Positions 36,089 through 50,175 of a stretch of DNA of 64,000 nt are shown one piece after another. Numbering within the stretch: position 1 is the first letter of the stretch; the number at the start of each line of letters is the position of its first letter. The stretch is from positions 52,824,498 through 52,888,497 of the forward strand of contig NC_057718.1 in NCBI RefSeq assembly GCF_004010195.1. The letters run 5' to 3'. The translations under genes and the position numbers were made by a program. The notes below the pieces were generated by a model. The model searched no databases. It had not been told where the DNA came from and worked only from the letters and a program-made list of their open reading frames with translations. Source of the DNA: Chiloscyllium plagiosum. Lineage: Eukaryota.

Positions 36089-38415
36089 ACTCCTGGCACT
36101 ATCGAAGCAGAATCACTCTGCTTTACCTGTATCATTGATAGCAATATGGACCAAGACAATTGAATTCTTTCACTAATCCACCATCCTCTGCCCCCACCAT
36201 CTCCAGGTTCCTGTCCAATCCTGAACAGATATCCTGGCACTGGGTAAACAACAGACCCTTTTGAATTCACAGTCTTGCCTGCACGCTTTAGTTCTTTTTG
36301 CTGCCCCGACTTAAATGGTTTCCTGTACCACAGAGTCATGCTCAGTTAGCTCATCCAGCCTGCTGCCCCTACTCTCATCCAAACACACTGAAAGAACCTC
36401 AGATATGTTGAAAAATTGCAAAGGCTGAGACTGCTGTGCTCCTGCCTTTTGATCTCCTCACCTGCCATAATCAGCGGTGCCAGAACACTGATCCAGTCAA
36501 AAACATTGGTCTAAGGAATGTAACCTCCATCCAGCACAAAATAACCAGATCATCTACCCCCTCCTTGATGTGGCATAGTATCTATAGTGCAGTCTCTGGC
36601 TCATACTCTGAAACTCTGAACTGAAATTCCTCGAGCTCTAACTATTAAATGCTGACAACATTGCATCAAGGAGCTTCCACACACCACAACATATGATCTG
36701 TCCTGCTATCCTTCCAATTCCTTACAAATTAACTACATTAATAATTTATTCAATTAACTGTTTCAGTTTTTTATAAACCTTAGAACAGACCTTAACCAGT
36801 TACCAGTCGCTCACAGAACTTATTTCCTGTAGTAGTTTGAGAACCAATTCCAAACTGCTAGCACTCTGCTTCTGTATGCTTTTCATAACCCCACATCTGT
36901 CAGATGATTCCTCCCTCTGTCCCTCACTGCTTCTCTTCACTTCCCAATCATGGCCTTTCAACACAGAGTGTCAGATCCAGCAGCCATGCAGCCTCTCAAT
37001 TTGGCCAAGTGCCAGTGGGAAATGGAGAATAATATTTCAATTGAGGTCCTGCCATTCTGTTTGACAGGACTTCAACATTAGTCACACTGCCAGGCTCCTC
37101 AACCAGTAATAGTCATCCTTGTTCCCTCCTTACCTCCCCGTAAATATAAGATCCAAGACTCTGCAGATGGAAATCTGATTGCAAAGTTTTGCACCACAAA
37201 CAAAAGCAAAGATGGTATGAATCCAGCTAAATGTGACTCATCCAAATGAAGAACATGACATGCATTTGCCATACTGTGATATTGTCTGAAAGCTCTTAGA
37301 ATGATAATAATTCTGAAAAGATCACTTTGTATGATCTCATATTTAATACTCAAAAGTGTGAGGTTTTTTTTGTCTTACATTGCTGGTCTGAAATGGACCA
37401 CCATTTATCTGGAGAATGTTTTAATAGTAATTAATTGTGAATCTCATGGAGACTTTGCACCTTTAGATACTAAATGAAAGTAAAAATTATTTTTATTGAT
37501 AAATGTGTCTGATATCATCATTACAAGTTTCGAATAGTATCTATTCTAATCCTTTGCAGCACACATAAATTCAAGTTCAGGTAAAAAGAATTTGTTTATA
37601 AATTCAACACTGTCATGACCAATAATTTTCTCAGTCTATACATATCAATTCAGGAAAAGCTCCTGCTTTGATGTCTGTAATAACCTCTTTCACTTATTGT
37701 GCTCCAGACATGGTGTAATCATTCGTCTGAACAGGGTCGGAGACCCCATTTCTGACCTTGATTATAAGAAAAGCTACTTAATTACCACGAGGTGTTTTCT
37801 GTGCTGGAGATTTCTGGACAGAGACCTCCCTTATTGAGCCTGTCCAAAACTGCACAGATCCAGCAGTGAAGAAAATCCATAGAAATCAATTACCCCCTTT
37901 GCAGCAGTCAATGTGCCTTACTCTGTGATTTAAACATCCAACAGCACAGCCAGACACTTTTACAGCTCCATAAAAAAGGGTAAAGACGGAAGCAAAGTGT
38001 AGGGTTATAGTTGCAATAGGTTAAGTAGCCAAGGTACCAGGTCCACGAGGGGTGTTATGTGTCACGTGAAGGAGGGGAGGTTGTGCATACCAGGTGGGTG
38101 ATGTTGGTAGGGTGCTAGTAAGTAGGCTCCTAGATAGTTGAAGACAGCAACACTCCAGGTGGGTAGGAGGTGGATAGAGTAGGATGGCTTGGTGTAGGTC
38201 ACAGGCTGTGTGTAGGGTTAGTATTGAGTGTTGGCTCCATCAGCAGGCACTGTATTCTGGTGGCGCTCCAATGGGGTCAGACCAGTAGTTGGGGTGAGCA
38301 GTAGTTCGGTTGGATGGGCCGGCAGAGTTGGAGTGTGGGGTGTGTTAGAGGGAGAAAGTCGTGTCAAGCTGGGGTCAGATTGGGTGTGAGTGGAGTTCAG
38401 TCTGACAGGTAGAGT

Positions 38416-38545
38416 TCACACTTTATTAACAAGTCTACCATGTGGAACCTTGTTGAATGTTTTGCTAAAGTCCATATAGACAAATCCTACCTCTCTGCCT
38501 TCATCCATCTTTTTTGTCACCTCTTTGAAAAACTCAATTATTTGT
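38416..38545 (-). mobile_element. CR1 RT fragment
   Basis: IEFFKEVTKKMDEGREVGFVYMDFSKTFNKVPHGRL. Confidence 0.85.
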
Positions 38546-39467
38546 TTGATCAAAGGAGTCAGTTTCGGAGTGGTCAATGTGAAGTCAAAGTATGTGATTA
38601 TTGCTCCTTCATTTCCTGCAGTATAACCCAAGATCATGAAGGAAAAAGTGGAGAATTTTCACATGATGAATTGTATTACTTCACTGCCAACAGCTAAAAG
38701 TTACACTTGCTGATGGTTTTGAAAGTACCTGAGTATCTCCTACTTCACTTTATTTGTGCAACCCTTGAAATAGTCGCTGGAGTAAATCACATGTAAGATG
38801 GTGGAACTGCCAATAGACACATAGGAATTAGAGAACAGCTTTTGAAAACTTACTTCTGGCTCAGTCCTGCTGCATCAGTTTCACAGCAGCAACTAAGTAT
38901 ACTGGATGTCCTCAGCTACCTTGACTGCGTGACTCTATACATTTTCTAAAGTTTTTCCAGAAATCTCGTTAATAAACTTGACCTTCTCTTGGCTAATAAG
39001 ACAGGGCAACTGACTTTGGGTCTAGTGGCCATAATTCTATTTATATTAAAATAGCTATGGAAAAGGATAAGCCTTCCATAAAAATTAAAGGTTTTAATTG
39101 GAGTAAGGCAATTTTTAATGGTATAAGACAGGAATTTGAAAAGGTTGATTGGAGAAGGCTGTTTGCAGGTAAAGCAATGTCTGATAAGTGGGAGCCTTTC
39201 AAAATTGTGACAACATGAATTCAAAATCATTATGTTCCAGTTAGACTGAAGGGCAAGGCTGGTACTAGTGGATGAATAAAGATATTGAAGTTCAAGTCAA
39301 GGAATAAAAGCTTCGTATCAGGTGTCAATAACTGAGTATAACGAATGTAGGAGCATTTTTAAGAAGGAAATCAGCAAGGCAGAGAGGCGATATGTGATAG
39401 CATTGGCAAATAAGGTTAAAGATAATACAAAAAGATTCTACAAATACATTAATAGCAAAAGAGCAGC

Positions 39468-39510
39468 GAGAGAGAGAGAGAGAGAGAGGGAAAGAGAGAG
39501 AGGGAGAGAG
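39468..39510. repeat. (AG)n microsatellite inside CR1
   Basis: gagagagagagagagagagggaaagagagagggagagag. Confidence 0.9.
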
Positions 39511-40923
39511 TAAGACCCCTTAAAGATCAACGAGGCCAGCTTAATGTTGAACCTCAGGAGATGGGAGGGGTGTTAAATTAAATTTTCATGTCAGATTTTA
39601 TGTGGAGAAGGAAATGGAAGCTAGAGAACTCAGGGAAATAAATATTGGTGTTTTGAAAAAAGTTCACATTACAGAAGAGGACAGTCTTAGAGAATATAAA
39701 AGTAGATAAATCTCCAGGACCTGATCTAGTGTATCTCAGAATGTTGTGAGAAGTTAGGGAGGAAACTGCAGGGCCCCTTTCAGAAATATTTGAATTACCT
39801 ATAACTACAGGTGAGGATGACTGGAGAGTGTTAATGTTGTGCCTTTGTTTAAGAAATGATGCAAGGAGAAGCCTGGCAACTATAGCCCGGTGAGTCTGAC
39901 TTCAGTAATTGGTAAATTATTGGAGGTGATTCTGAAAGATAGGCTTTATATGTATTTAGCGAGGTAAGGAATGATTAGGGATAGTCAGCATTTTTTTTTT
40001 GTGAGAGAAATCATGTTTCACAAAATTCATTGAATTTTTTTGAGGAAGTAACCAAAAAGATTGATTAGGCAGAGTAGTAGACATTGTTAACTTGGACTTT
40101 AGTAAAGTCTTTTACAAGGTTCCATATGGTAGACCAATTAGTAAAGTTAAATCACATGGGATTCAGGATGAGCTTGCTAATTGGATACAAAATTGGCTTA
40201 ACGGCAGGAGACAAACAGTGATCGTAGAGGGTTATCTATCAGACTGGAGGCCTGTTATTCATAGTGTTCCACACGGATTGATGCCGGATCCACTTAAATT
40301 GTCATTTATGTAAATTATTTAGATGATAATAAAGGAGCCATGGCTAGTACATTTGTGGATGACACCAAAAGTGGTGGTGTAGTGACATTGATGATTACCT
40401 AAGATTACAAAAAACTCTTGATCAATTGGGTTGAGTGGCAGAGGAGTGGCAGATAGAGTTTAATTTGGATAAATGTGAAGTATTGCAATTTGGAAAAAAC
40501 AAACACAGTTAAAAGTAAGGCCTTGAGTAGTGTTGTAGAACAGAGCGACCTAAGAGTTCAGGTTTATAATTCTTTGAAGTTTTCATCACATGTAGATAGA
40601 GTGGTTAAGAAAGTATTTTATACACTTGCCTTTATTGCTCAGATCTTTGAGTATAGGAGTTAGGATGTCTTGTAGAGGTTGTACAAGGTGTTGGTGAGGC
40701 ATCTTCTGGAGTGCTGCATCCAGTTCTGGTCACCCTGGAATAGGAAAGATATTACTCAGCTGAAGAGGGTTCTGAAGAGATTTAACTAGATGTTGCTGGG
40801 TATGGAGGGTTTGAGTTATAAGGAAAGGATGGATAGACTGGGACATTTTTCATTGGAGTGTAGGAGGTTAAGGGGTGACCTTATAAAGGTTTATAAAATC
40901 ATGACAGGCATAGATAAGGTGAA

Positions 40924-41229
40924 TTAGATTAGATGCCTTACAGTATGGAAACAGGCCCTTTGGCCAGACAAGTCCATACCAACCCACTGAAGAACAACCT
41001 ACTCCCCCACCCTATATTTACCCATGTATCTAACACTATGGGCAATTTAGCTTGGCAATTCACATGAACTGCACGTTTTTAGATTGTGGGAGGAAACCAG
41101 AGCACCCAGAGGAAACCCACACAGACACTGGGAGAATGTGCAAAATCCACACAGTCACCTGAGGCAGGAATTGAGCCCAGGTCCCTGGCACTGTGAGGCA
41201 GCAGTGCTAACCACTGAGCCACCATGGGA
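40924..41229 (-). mobile_element. HE1-type V-SINE inserted antisense into CR1
   Basis: Reverse complement of the 8962 copy; (AATCT)n tail; CR1 resumes at ~41233. Confidence 0.92.
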
Positions 41230-42449
41230 CCCCGTGACAGATGTCTATTCCCTAGGGTGGGGAATTTCAAGACTCGGGGGCACAAGTAGAGGTGAGAGGA
41301 GAGACACTTAAAAACGGCATGAGAGGCAACGTTTTTTACACAGAGAATGGTTTGTGTGTGGAATGAATTTCCAGAGGAAGTGAAGGACGTGGGTAAAGTT
41401 ACAACATTGAAAAGGCATTTGGATAAGTACATGAATAAGAAATGTTTGAAAGGATATGGGCCAAGTGCAGGCAACTGGGACTAGTTTAGTTGGGATTATG
41501 GTTGGCATGGACTGGTTGGGCCGAAGGGTCTGTTTCTATGCTGTATGACTCTATAAGAAGAATTATACCAGGATCAGTGAGTACAGAAAACAAAGCAAGA
41601 GGACATGGAATATAAGCAAGAAAGAAGTGCTAACATTTTACAGACCTGCAAATGCCATTAAGGAAGCTGGTGTCAAGAAACATCAACTACTGAGTACCAA
41701 TGGAGGAAAACCACCTGACATGGTACATGTGCCATATCTAGTGAGAAGCACTGGTACTGCATGCTAGTTTTCACTCTAGAGCTATAGACAATGCTGTAAT
41801 AAGTGTAATGATCTCACCAGAATAGGCCAGGTGATCAGCAATATGTACCATTTTCTCTTTGACGTACTATGAGCACCAAAACATACTTTTAAAAAGTGCT
41901 GTTACAACACAGAGACAGACAGGCAAAATAATTCAGCCTTTCTGCCTCTACTTCATGACAGAGTAAAATTTAAACCTTTAAAGATCCTTAAAATGGGCCA
42001 CAATTGTTCCTAACCAGACTTTTTGAAGAACCATTTGGAGACTATATGTGAATAATCAATTCTAGACCCCGGGTCTGTAGCTTAAACAAAAGGATGCACA
42101 ATTTATTCGCAAGAAATTGTTTGCTATCTGTTTAAACACTGGAAACAAAGAGTCTGTAGAACCCTTTGATCAAGAACCAATGTGCAATTAAATTCCAGGG
42201 GATTAGCCTCACAAACAAACAACAGCTTACTTGTTCTCTCTTCCCTTTTTTTGTACAAGTTGCTGCCCAGTCCACATGTCATCTTCAGCTCACAGTTCTC
42301 AGCTCCAAACCAAGAAAAAGGATATCAATATCAAAATAATGAAAAACCAGTGAGTATTTTAACAATAACAGCAGCATAAATGCCTTTTTGATAAAGGGGC
42401 ACCACAGTCATTGAGTCATAGAGATGTACAGCACGGAAACAGAACCATG

Positions 42450-43045
42450 TGGAAGAGGTTCTGGGTTTGGAAGGTGCTGTTGAAGTTGCTGCAGTCTATT
42501 TTGTAAATGGTACATATTGCTGCCAATGTGCATCATCTGTAGAGACAGTCAATATTTAAATTAGTGGATGTGGTGTAATTCAAACAAACCATTTTATGTT
42601 AACTTAAATGTTGTTGAAGCTACACTCCTCCAAACAATGGAGAGAATTCCATTAGACTCCTGCTCTGTGCCTTGTAGAAAATGAACAGTCAATGGAGAAA
42701 CGGGAGCAGAATTGCTCATTGCAGATTGTTCCGAGTCAACCTGCTCGTGTAGCTACAATATTTCTATTGTTCGATTATCTGGTGCATGTTAATCTCAGGA
42801 TGTTGAAAGTGGAATAGCACAAATGTCATTGAATGTCAACTGAAGGTAGTTAGATATTTTCTTGTTTGAGATGGTCATTTCTGGGGATTCATGTGACTCA
42901 AATATTACTTGCCACCCATCAGCCTGGGTGTTGACCAGATCCAATAGATATGGTCTTAGTTAGTACTTGAATAGTTGCAAATAGTGCTGTACAATGTGCA
43001 ATCATTAGTGAACATCACTGTTTATAACCTCATGACAGAAGAAGG
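42450..43045 (-). mobile_element. CR1/L2-group LINE RT fragment
   Basis: Collinear with 9900-10540. Confidence 0.65.
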
Positions 43046-43114
43046 ATCACTGACTTTTGGAAAAACTCAGCATCTGTGGAGAAAGAAACAGAGTTAATGT
43101 TTTGAGTCTGGGAT

Positions 43115-44960
43115 GAGTCATAGAGTCATACTGCTTAGAAACAGGCTCTTCAGCCCCACCATGTCTCTGCCGACCAACAAATACAAAACTACACTCTTCC
43201 CATTTACCTGCGCTTAGCCCAGGGACTACCCTTGGCATTTTACATACTCATCCAGATGCTTCCTAAATATTTCAAGAATGTCTGCCTCCATCACCATCTC
43301 ATGTAGTACTTTCCATACATTTACTACCCTCCAGGTGAAAATACTCTTTCTCAGATCTCCTCACCATAAATGTATGCCCTCTGGTCTCACACATGTCAGT
43401 CATAGGGAAGAGATTCTCACTATCTGCTCTATCTCTGCCTCTCATAATTTTATGCACTTTGATCAGATTTTCCCTCAGCCTCCTCTGCTCCAAATCAAAC
43501 AAACCCAGCCTAGTCTGTCTCTCCTCATAACTGAAACTTTTCATCTCAAGTAATATCCTGATGAATCTCCTCTGCACCTTTTACAGTGCTATCTCATCCT
43601 CTAACAATGTGGTGGCCAGAACTGCACACAGTATTCCACCAGTGGCCTAACCAATGCTTTACAAAGTTACAACAAGACTTCCTTACTCCTATATTCCATG
43701 CCCCAGCTATTCTTCATTATTCTTGTGCTTCAGGGATCTATGGACGTGTATACTATGATCTCTTTGTTCCTCAGTACTCCCAAAGAACCTACCATTCATT
43801 GTGTATGTCCTTCCTTTATTAGACCTCCCAAAATGCATCACCTCACACTTATCAGGATTATGACTATTTATGCCTTCCAACTTCACATCAAAGTTTGTTA
43901 ATGTACAATATAAAAGCAAGGGTCTGAGCACTGACCCTGGTGGTACACCACTGGTCATAGGCTTCCAATTAAAGAAGCAATTCTCCACCATCACTCTTTG
44001 CCTCCTATTGGGATCCAGTTTGTCAAGTTGACTTCGATCCCATGGCTTTGCAAACTCTGGACAGCCTTCCACCTGGCATTTGTCAAAGGCCTGACTGAAC
44101 TCCATGTAAACCAGATCAACTGCACTACTCTCATCAATATATTTAATCACCATTTCAAAAATGCTCAATTCAATTAATCAGATGGATTAATGAATCTGTG
44201 TAATGAATCAATACTGGTTATCCCTGATCAACCCATGCCTTTCCAAATCATGCCCTCCCTCCTATAGCACTCCTTTAGCCCCACGTCCATCTGACCTATC
44301 TTCCTATTCCTATACTCAGTAATGAATGGTCTTTTTTATCCATGTTATTGATACAGTCATACATCACGACTGCTGACTGTTCACCCTCCCCTTTCAGAAT
44401 GCAGTTGCTTTGACACATCCCTGACCTTGGTACCAGAAGGCAACATACCATTCCAGAGTTTCATTTGCTGCTGCCTATCAGTTCCCTGTACAATCAAGTT
44501 CACAACCACTATGGTCTTTTACCTCCTCTGCTGTGCAGCAGCGGCAGCTATGTGCCTGAACCTGGCTGTTGCTGCTATCCCCTGAGAGGCCATCACCCCC
44601 CAACAGTTACAAAAATGTATATCATTTAAGAGGGGACTGGGAACTCCTGCACTGTCTACCTGTGCTTACTAGTCTTTCTAGTGGTCACCCAACTCATTTA
44701 TGCCTGTGTAGCCTTTACTTACAGTGCCACTAGCTCACTCAATGTGCATCCATGACATCCTCAGCATTATGGATGTTCCATAGTGAATCCATTTGCAGCT
44801 TCAGTCACACAATCAGGAACTGAACACATTTCTTACATATGCAGTCACCATGGACACTGGAAGTGTCCCTGATTTCCCATGTATTGCTGGAGGAACATTC
44901 TGCATTGCTGGGTTCTCCTGCCATTGTGAATCTTACCAACTACAAACAATAAACTATGAA
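43115..44960 (-). mobile_element. CR1 LINE (deleted): RT/3' end plus ORF1 fragment
   Basis: VDLVYMEFSQAFDK..TSGVPPGSVL; QRRFIRIL..SYEER; ORF1-like piece at 44250-44960. Confidence 0.85.
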
Positions 44961-46499
44961 TCAATTTCTCGGCCTTGCCCGTTACTCTTTCTCTCCCTGT
45001 CTCTATTCTTAACAAACTACAAATAAGAATTTCACGCTCTTTAGTTATCCACTCAGTCTCTAAAGCTAGTTCAGAAGCAATCTACTTGACCTATTTCACT
45101 TTTTTTGAATTGTGACTTCACCTCTGGAGTTCCTCCACTGGATTCTGCTCTGCTCTGCTCCGACTGATTTTTCTTCAGTACTAAAGAAGGTTTCAGTTGC
45201 TGGGTCTTGAGAATTTGATCAGATCTTCCTCAAGCCTTCTTATAAACAAGCTCAGACTTTCAAAGTATTTAAACTAAACACTTCTGATCTGGAACTTCCA
45301 AATCAAAATGTTTACACTGAGATAACCTGTTTCTTAACAATTCTAAACCATCTCCCTTTTTCTAAGGTATAGGTATAGGGTCTTTTTACCCTAAAAAGAA
45401 ATTTCCAATGTCTGATCTGGTAAAATGAAAGACCAGTGCACAACTGTTTATTTTATTCACTTGCAAAAACTCTCTCAAAGTGAACAAATTGCACTGATCC
45501 TCTATTTAAATCACCATGGCTACATAAATACTTAAAAGTTAGTCATAAACTCCATCCAGACAGAAAGAGCAAATACCACATGCCACTACCTCAAATCCAA
45601 ACTCTGAAATAAATTATAATAAAATATCCAGAAATCAAACAATTTATATTACACTCAAATATAAGAGGTGAAAATGTTACAATGTGATGAGGCAGTCTTT
45701 GGGATTGTGGGAGGGTTCCCCTTAGCATTTTAACCAAACTGGACCGGGGATTGTGATATACCATAATATCTAACCCAATATTTCAGTTAGGATTATTTAG
45801 TCTCAATGGTTTATAATGATCTTAAGTGCACGACAGGAGTGTTGGCATGGCACTCAAATAAATATAAATTGTCACACAAAATCCTATCAAATGTCTACTG
45901 GATACTCTAACCATAGCAAACAGGATATAACATTTATTTGTCATTGACAACAAAATCCAGACCATTGCTATTATGCTGGACAGTAAAATATGGGACTTGG
46001 AGTACTGAGTGATTTCAAAGAACTTATCAAATAAACCACTGAAAAAAAAACCTCTTAAATTCATTTTTGAGCATCTCAGAAAGAAATTTCAGCTTATTCC
46101 TTAATTTACAGGAATTCAGTCATTGCATGAATTGTAGAAATACAATTTAGTGGAACTTAATTATTCTGCAAATCAAGTAGCTAGACACATAATTTTTTTT
46201 AATGTATACTTGAAATTCTTTTGAAGGATAGACACTGGCTTTGAAGCTCAATGTGCCAAATAAAAGTGATTGACTGAGCAATGCCACTATGTACAGCTTA
46301 GAAATACAAAGGTAGGGGATAAACACACAAAGTGCTGATGAGGACTGGAAAAATACATCACTTATGTTTGTGCAATTTGATACAATTCCAGCCCACTATA
46401 GGCATCAGACAAATTCAATCCTCACCTGGCCCCAAGCACATTTAATTTAATTGATTTTTTTGATCAAAAACAAGCAGCTTTCTTCATGCTGCTCATCCT

Positions 46500-47460
46500 A
46501 ATGAGCGTTCAGGCTATGTTCCTGTGGTATATTTTATCTCCACTGCTGATCTATTGACCTATTTGGTATTTTTCTTCCCATTTGCTTTAGGCCAATCTCC
46601 TTTTATCTGAACTGAACATTGCACTTTACCAGTGCAGCTACCTTATCTTTGACCATTCATTATCCTTTATTGCTTTTACATGAAATCTAATTATGTTGTG
46701 GTCACTTTGTCCCAATCGTTCCCTTACTCTTACAACATCAATTGTCTCACATCATTTCCCAGAACTAAATAAAATAAAGTTTCTTTCCTTGTTTTCTGGA
46801 GGCCTACTGATCCAAGGACGAGTCCAGGAGCTGTGCTAAAACAAAATCCATTTTGAATCTGCACCGTAATTTTTTCTTTCTGTTTTGTAATAATTATTTT
46901 CGCTCAATGTTCTGTGGTTCTTATTTATCAATGGCTACCAATTTCAATCTTTTTTTCATTTTGATGGTTTCATGGCCAATATGCAATTTGAGGATTATGC
47001 AACATTTCCCTCATTTTGGTGCTATTGACAGAGATTATCTGTCATTAGAGCACATAGTAAATTCTACATTCTGGTGCTATGATCAAATTCTTCATCAATC
47101 TCTTCACTACTGATGTAGTTTGTTGGGTTAAAAACTACTGTGAGTATGATTTAGTTGGAGCATTTCTCTTTATGTTAGCTCATGTAACATATATCACAAT
47201 TGGATTTTTTTTTAGACAGATATCTTGCAGTTCATTAACAACTCTAACCATTTACACTGTATCACAAATGTTGGCATGTATATCACAAATATACATGGTC
47301 TGGATAGTGTACTTACCGATGTTACTGTACCTTATGTACTGACTGACTCAACACATGCTTTGACTCTGTTACACAGTGAGTGACTGAAAGCAAGGTGAGT
47401 ATTTTTATAGTGTAATGCCAACTGTTATGATGTCGTGTAACTGTCTTAAAGGTATAATTC
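46500..47460 (-). mobile_element. Old, highly decayed CR1-group endonuclease fragment
   Basis: Reverse strand shows an SDHNIIRF-like motif near 46680-46710 and a VALHYK-like motif near 47410. Confidence 0.45.
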
Positions 47461-47490
47461 ATTTGGAATCTATGCAATAACACGACAGAA

Positions 47491-50175
47491 AGTGGCATTT
47501 TTAATAAGAGATAACATTACAGCTGTACTGAGGGAGAATACGCCTGACAGTAAGTCCAGGGAAGTTATTTGGGTAGAACTGAGAAATACAAAAGGGACTA
47601 TTACTTTGTTGGGATTGTATTATAGATCCCTAAATAGTCAGTGGGAAATTGAGACACAAATTTATAAGGAGATCTCAGTTATCTCTATTCCTGATGAAGG
47701 GCTTTTCTCTATTTTCCTGCTCCTCGAATGCTGCCTGACCTGCTGTGCTTTTCCAGCACCACTATAATCTAGACTCTGATTTCCAGCATCTGCAGTCCTT
47801 GTTTTTACACTGTAAGAATAATAGGGTGGTTATGGGGCAGGAATTTCAACTTTCCAAACACAGACTGGGACTGCCATAGTGTTAAGGGTTTAGCTGGAGA
47901 GGAATTTGTTAAGTGCGTACGAGATAACTTTCTGATTCTGTATGTGGATGTAACTACAAGAGAAAGTGCAAAACTTGGCCTACTCTTGAGAAATAAGGTG
48001 GGGGCAAATGACTGACTGGTCAGTGGAGGAACACTTTGGGGCCAGCGAGCATAATTCTACTCGTTTTAAAATAGTGATGGAAAAAGATAGACAGAATCTA
48101 AAAGTTAAAGTTCTAAGTTGGAGGAAGGCCAATTTTGACAATATTAGGCAAGAACTTTCAAAAGTTGATTGGATGCGAATGTTCACAGGAATAGGGACTG
48201 CTGGAAAACTGTCTTCATAACAAGAGCCCAGAGACAGGATGTTCTTGTTATGGTGAAAGGCGAGGCTGGTAGGTGTAGTCAACGCTGGATGACTAGAGAA
48301 ATTGAGGTTTTGGTCAAGAGAAAGAAGGAAGCACATGTCAGCTACAGACAGCAGAGATCGAGTGAATCCTTAGAAGTGTATAAAGACAATTGGAGTGTAC
48401 TTAAGAGGTAAATCAGGAGGTCAAAAACTGGACATGAGACAGCTTTGGCAGATAGAGTTAAGGAGAATCCAAAGGGCTTTTATGAACACATTAAGAACAA
48501 AATGATAACCCAGAAGAGAACAGGTCCTCTCAAAGATCAGCAAGGCAGCCTATGTGTGGAGCCACAGGAGATGGGGTAGATACTAAATTAGTATTTTGCA
48601 TTGGTGTTTACTGTGGAGAAGAATGTGGAAGGTACAGAATTGGGGAAAAGGATGGTGACCTCTTGAAAAATGTCCATATTACAGAGGAGGTGGTGCTGGA
48701 TAAAGGTGGACAAATTCCCAGGACCTGATCAGATGTACCCTAGAACTCTGAAAAAAGTTAGGGAAGTGATTGCTAGGCCCCTTGCAGAGGTATTTGTGTC
48801 ATCAATAGTCACAGGTGAGGTGCTGGAAGACTGGAGGTTGGCTAATGTGGTACCACTATTTAAGAAAGGGGTTAAGAAAAAGCCAGACAACTGTAGACTG
48901 TTGAGCCTGACATTGGTGGTGGGCAAGTTGTTGGAGAGAATGCTGAGAGGGATTTACATGTATTTGGATAGGCAAGGAATGATGAGGGATAGTCAAAATG
49001 GCATGGGAAATCCTGTTGTACTAACTTGATTGAGTTTTTTTGAAGAAGATTTTGAGGGCAGAATGGTAGATATGTTCTATATGGACTTCAGTAAGGCATC
49101 CGAAAAGGTTCCTCACAGTAGATTGGTTAGCAGTTTTAACTCACATAGAATACAGGGAGAATTAGCCATTTGGATATAGAACTGGTTCGAAGGTAGAAGA
49201 CAGAGGGTAGTGGAAGAGGGTTGCTTTTCAGACTAGAGACCTGTGACCAATAATGTACCACAAGAATTGGTGCTGGAGCCACTTCTTTTCATCATTTATA
49301 TAAACAAGTTGGATATGAAAATAAGAGGTTTTGGTAGTAGGTTTGCAGATAGCACCAAAATTGGCACTGTAATGAACAGCAAAGAAGATTACCTGAGAGT
49401 ACAACTGGATCCTAACCAGATGGGCCAGTGGGCTGAGGAGTGGCAGATGGAGTCTAAGTTAGATAATTATGAGGTGCTGCATTTTGAAAAGGCCAATCAG
49501 GACACTTAATGGCAAAGTCCTGGGCAGTGTTGCTGAACAAAGAGACCTTGGAGTGCAGGTTCATAGTTCCTTGAAAGTGGAGAAAGTGCTTGGTATGCTT
49601 TCCTTTATTGATCCAAGCTTTGAGTATAGGAATTGAAAAGTCATGTTGTGGCTATACAGGATATTGGTTCAGCCACTTTTGGAATATTGTGTGCAGTTTT
49701 GGTCTCCCTCCTATTGGAAGGATGTTGTGAAACTTGAAAAGGTTCAGCAAAGATTTACATGGATGTTGCCAGGGTTGGAGGGTTTGAGTGATGGGGAGAG
49801 GCTGAACAGGCTGGGGCTGTTTTTCCTGGAACATCAAAGTCTGAAAGGTGACCTTATAGAGGTTTATAAAATCATGAGGGACATGGATAGGGTAGATAGA
49901 CAAAGTCTTTTCCCTGGGGTGGGGGAGTCCAGAAATAGAGGGCATAGGTTTAGGGTGAGAGGAAAAACATTTAAAAGGGACCTAAGGGACAGCTTTTTCA
50001 CTCAGAGGGTGGTGCGTGTATAGAATGAGCTGCCACAGGAAGTGGTAGAGGCTGGTACAATTACAACATTTAAAAGGATCTGGATGAGTATATGAATAGG
50101 AAGAGTTTAGAGAGATACTGGCAAATGGGACTAGATTAATTTAGGATATCTGTTCGGCATGGTCAAGTTGGACTG
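47491..50175 (+). mobile_element. CR1 LINE ORF2 pseudogene with 3' tail
   Basis: IWVELRN..GLYYRS, HFGASEHN, KFPGPDQMYPR..DWRLANVVPLFKKG, FADSTK, PLLEYCVQFWSP. Confidence 0.93.
47686..47808 (+). mobile_element. Penelope-derived unit nested in CR1 (hammerhead partly deleted)
   Basis: cctgatgaagggctttt followed by the family tail; GAAA half missing. Confidence 0.8.

Larger units (their letters stand above)
38970..41553 (+). mobile_element. CR1 (HER1-type) LINE, 5'-truncated ORF2 pseudogene with 3' tail
   Basis: LDLLLAN, KSPGPD, DFSKVFYKVPYG, FVDDTK, WNEFPEEV motifs; tail gggccgaagggtctgtttctatgctgtatgactcta. Confidence 0.92.

Noticed and set aside
37099..37353. 84 aa minus-strand ORF with splice-like borders
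   Set aside because: No recognisable homology, and one end overlaps probable repeat sequence.
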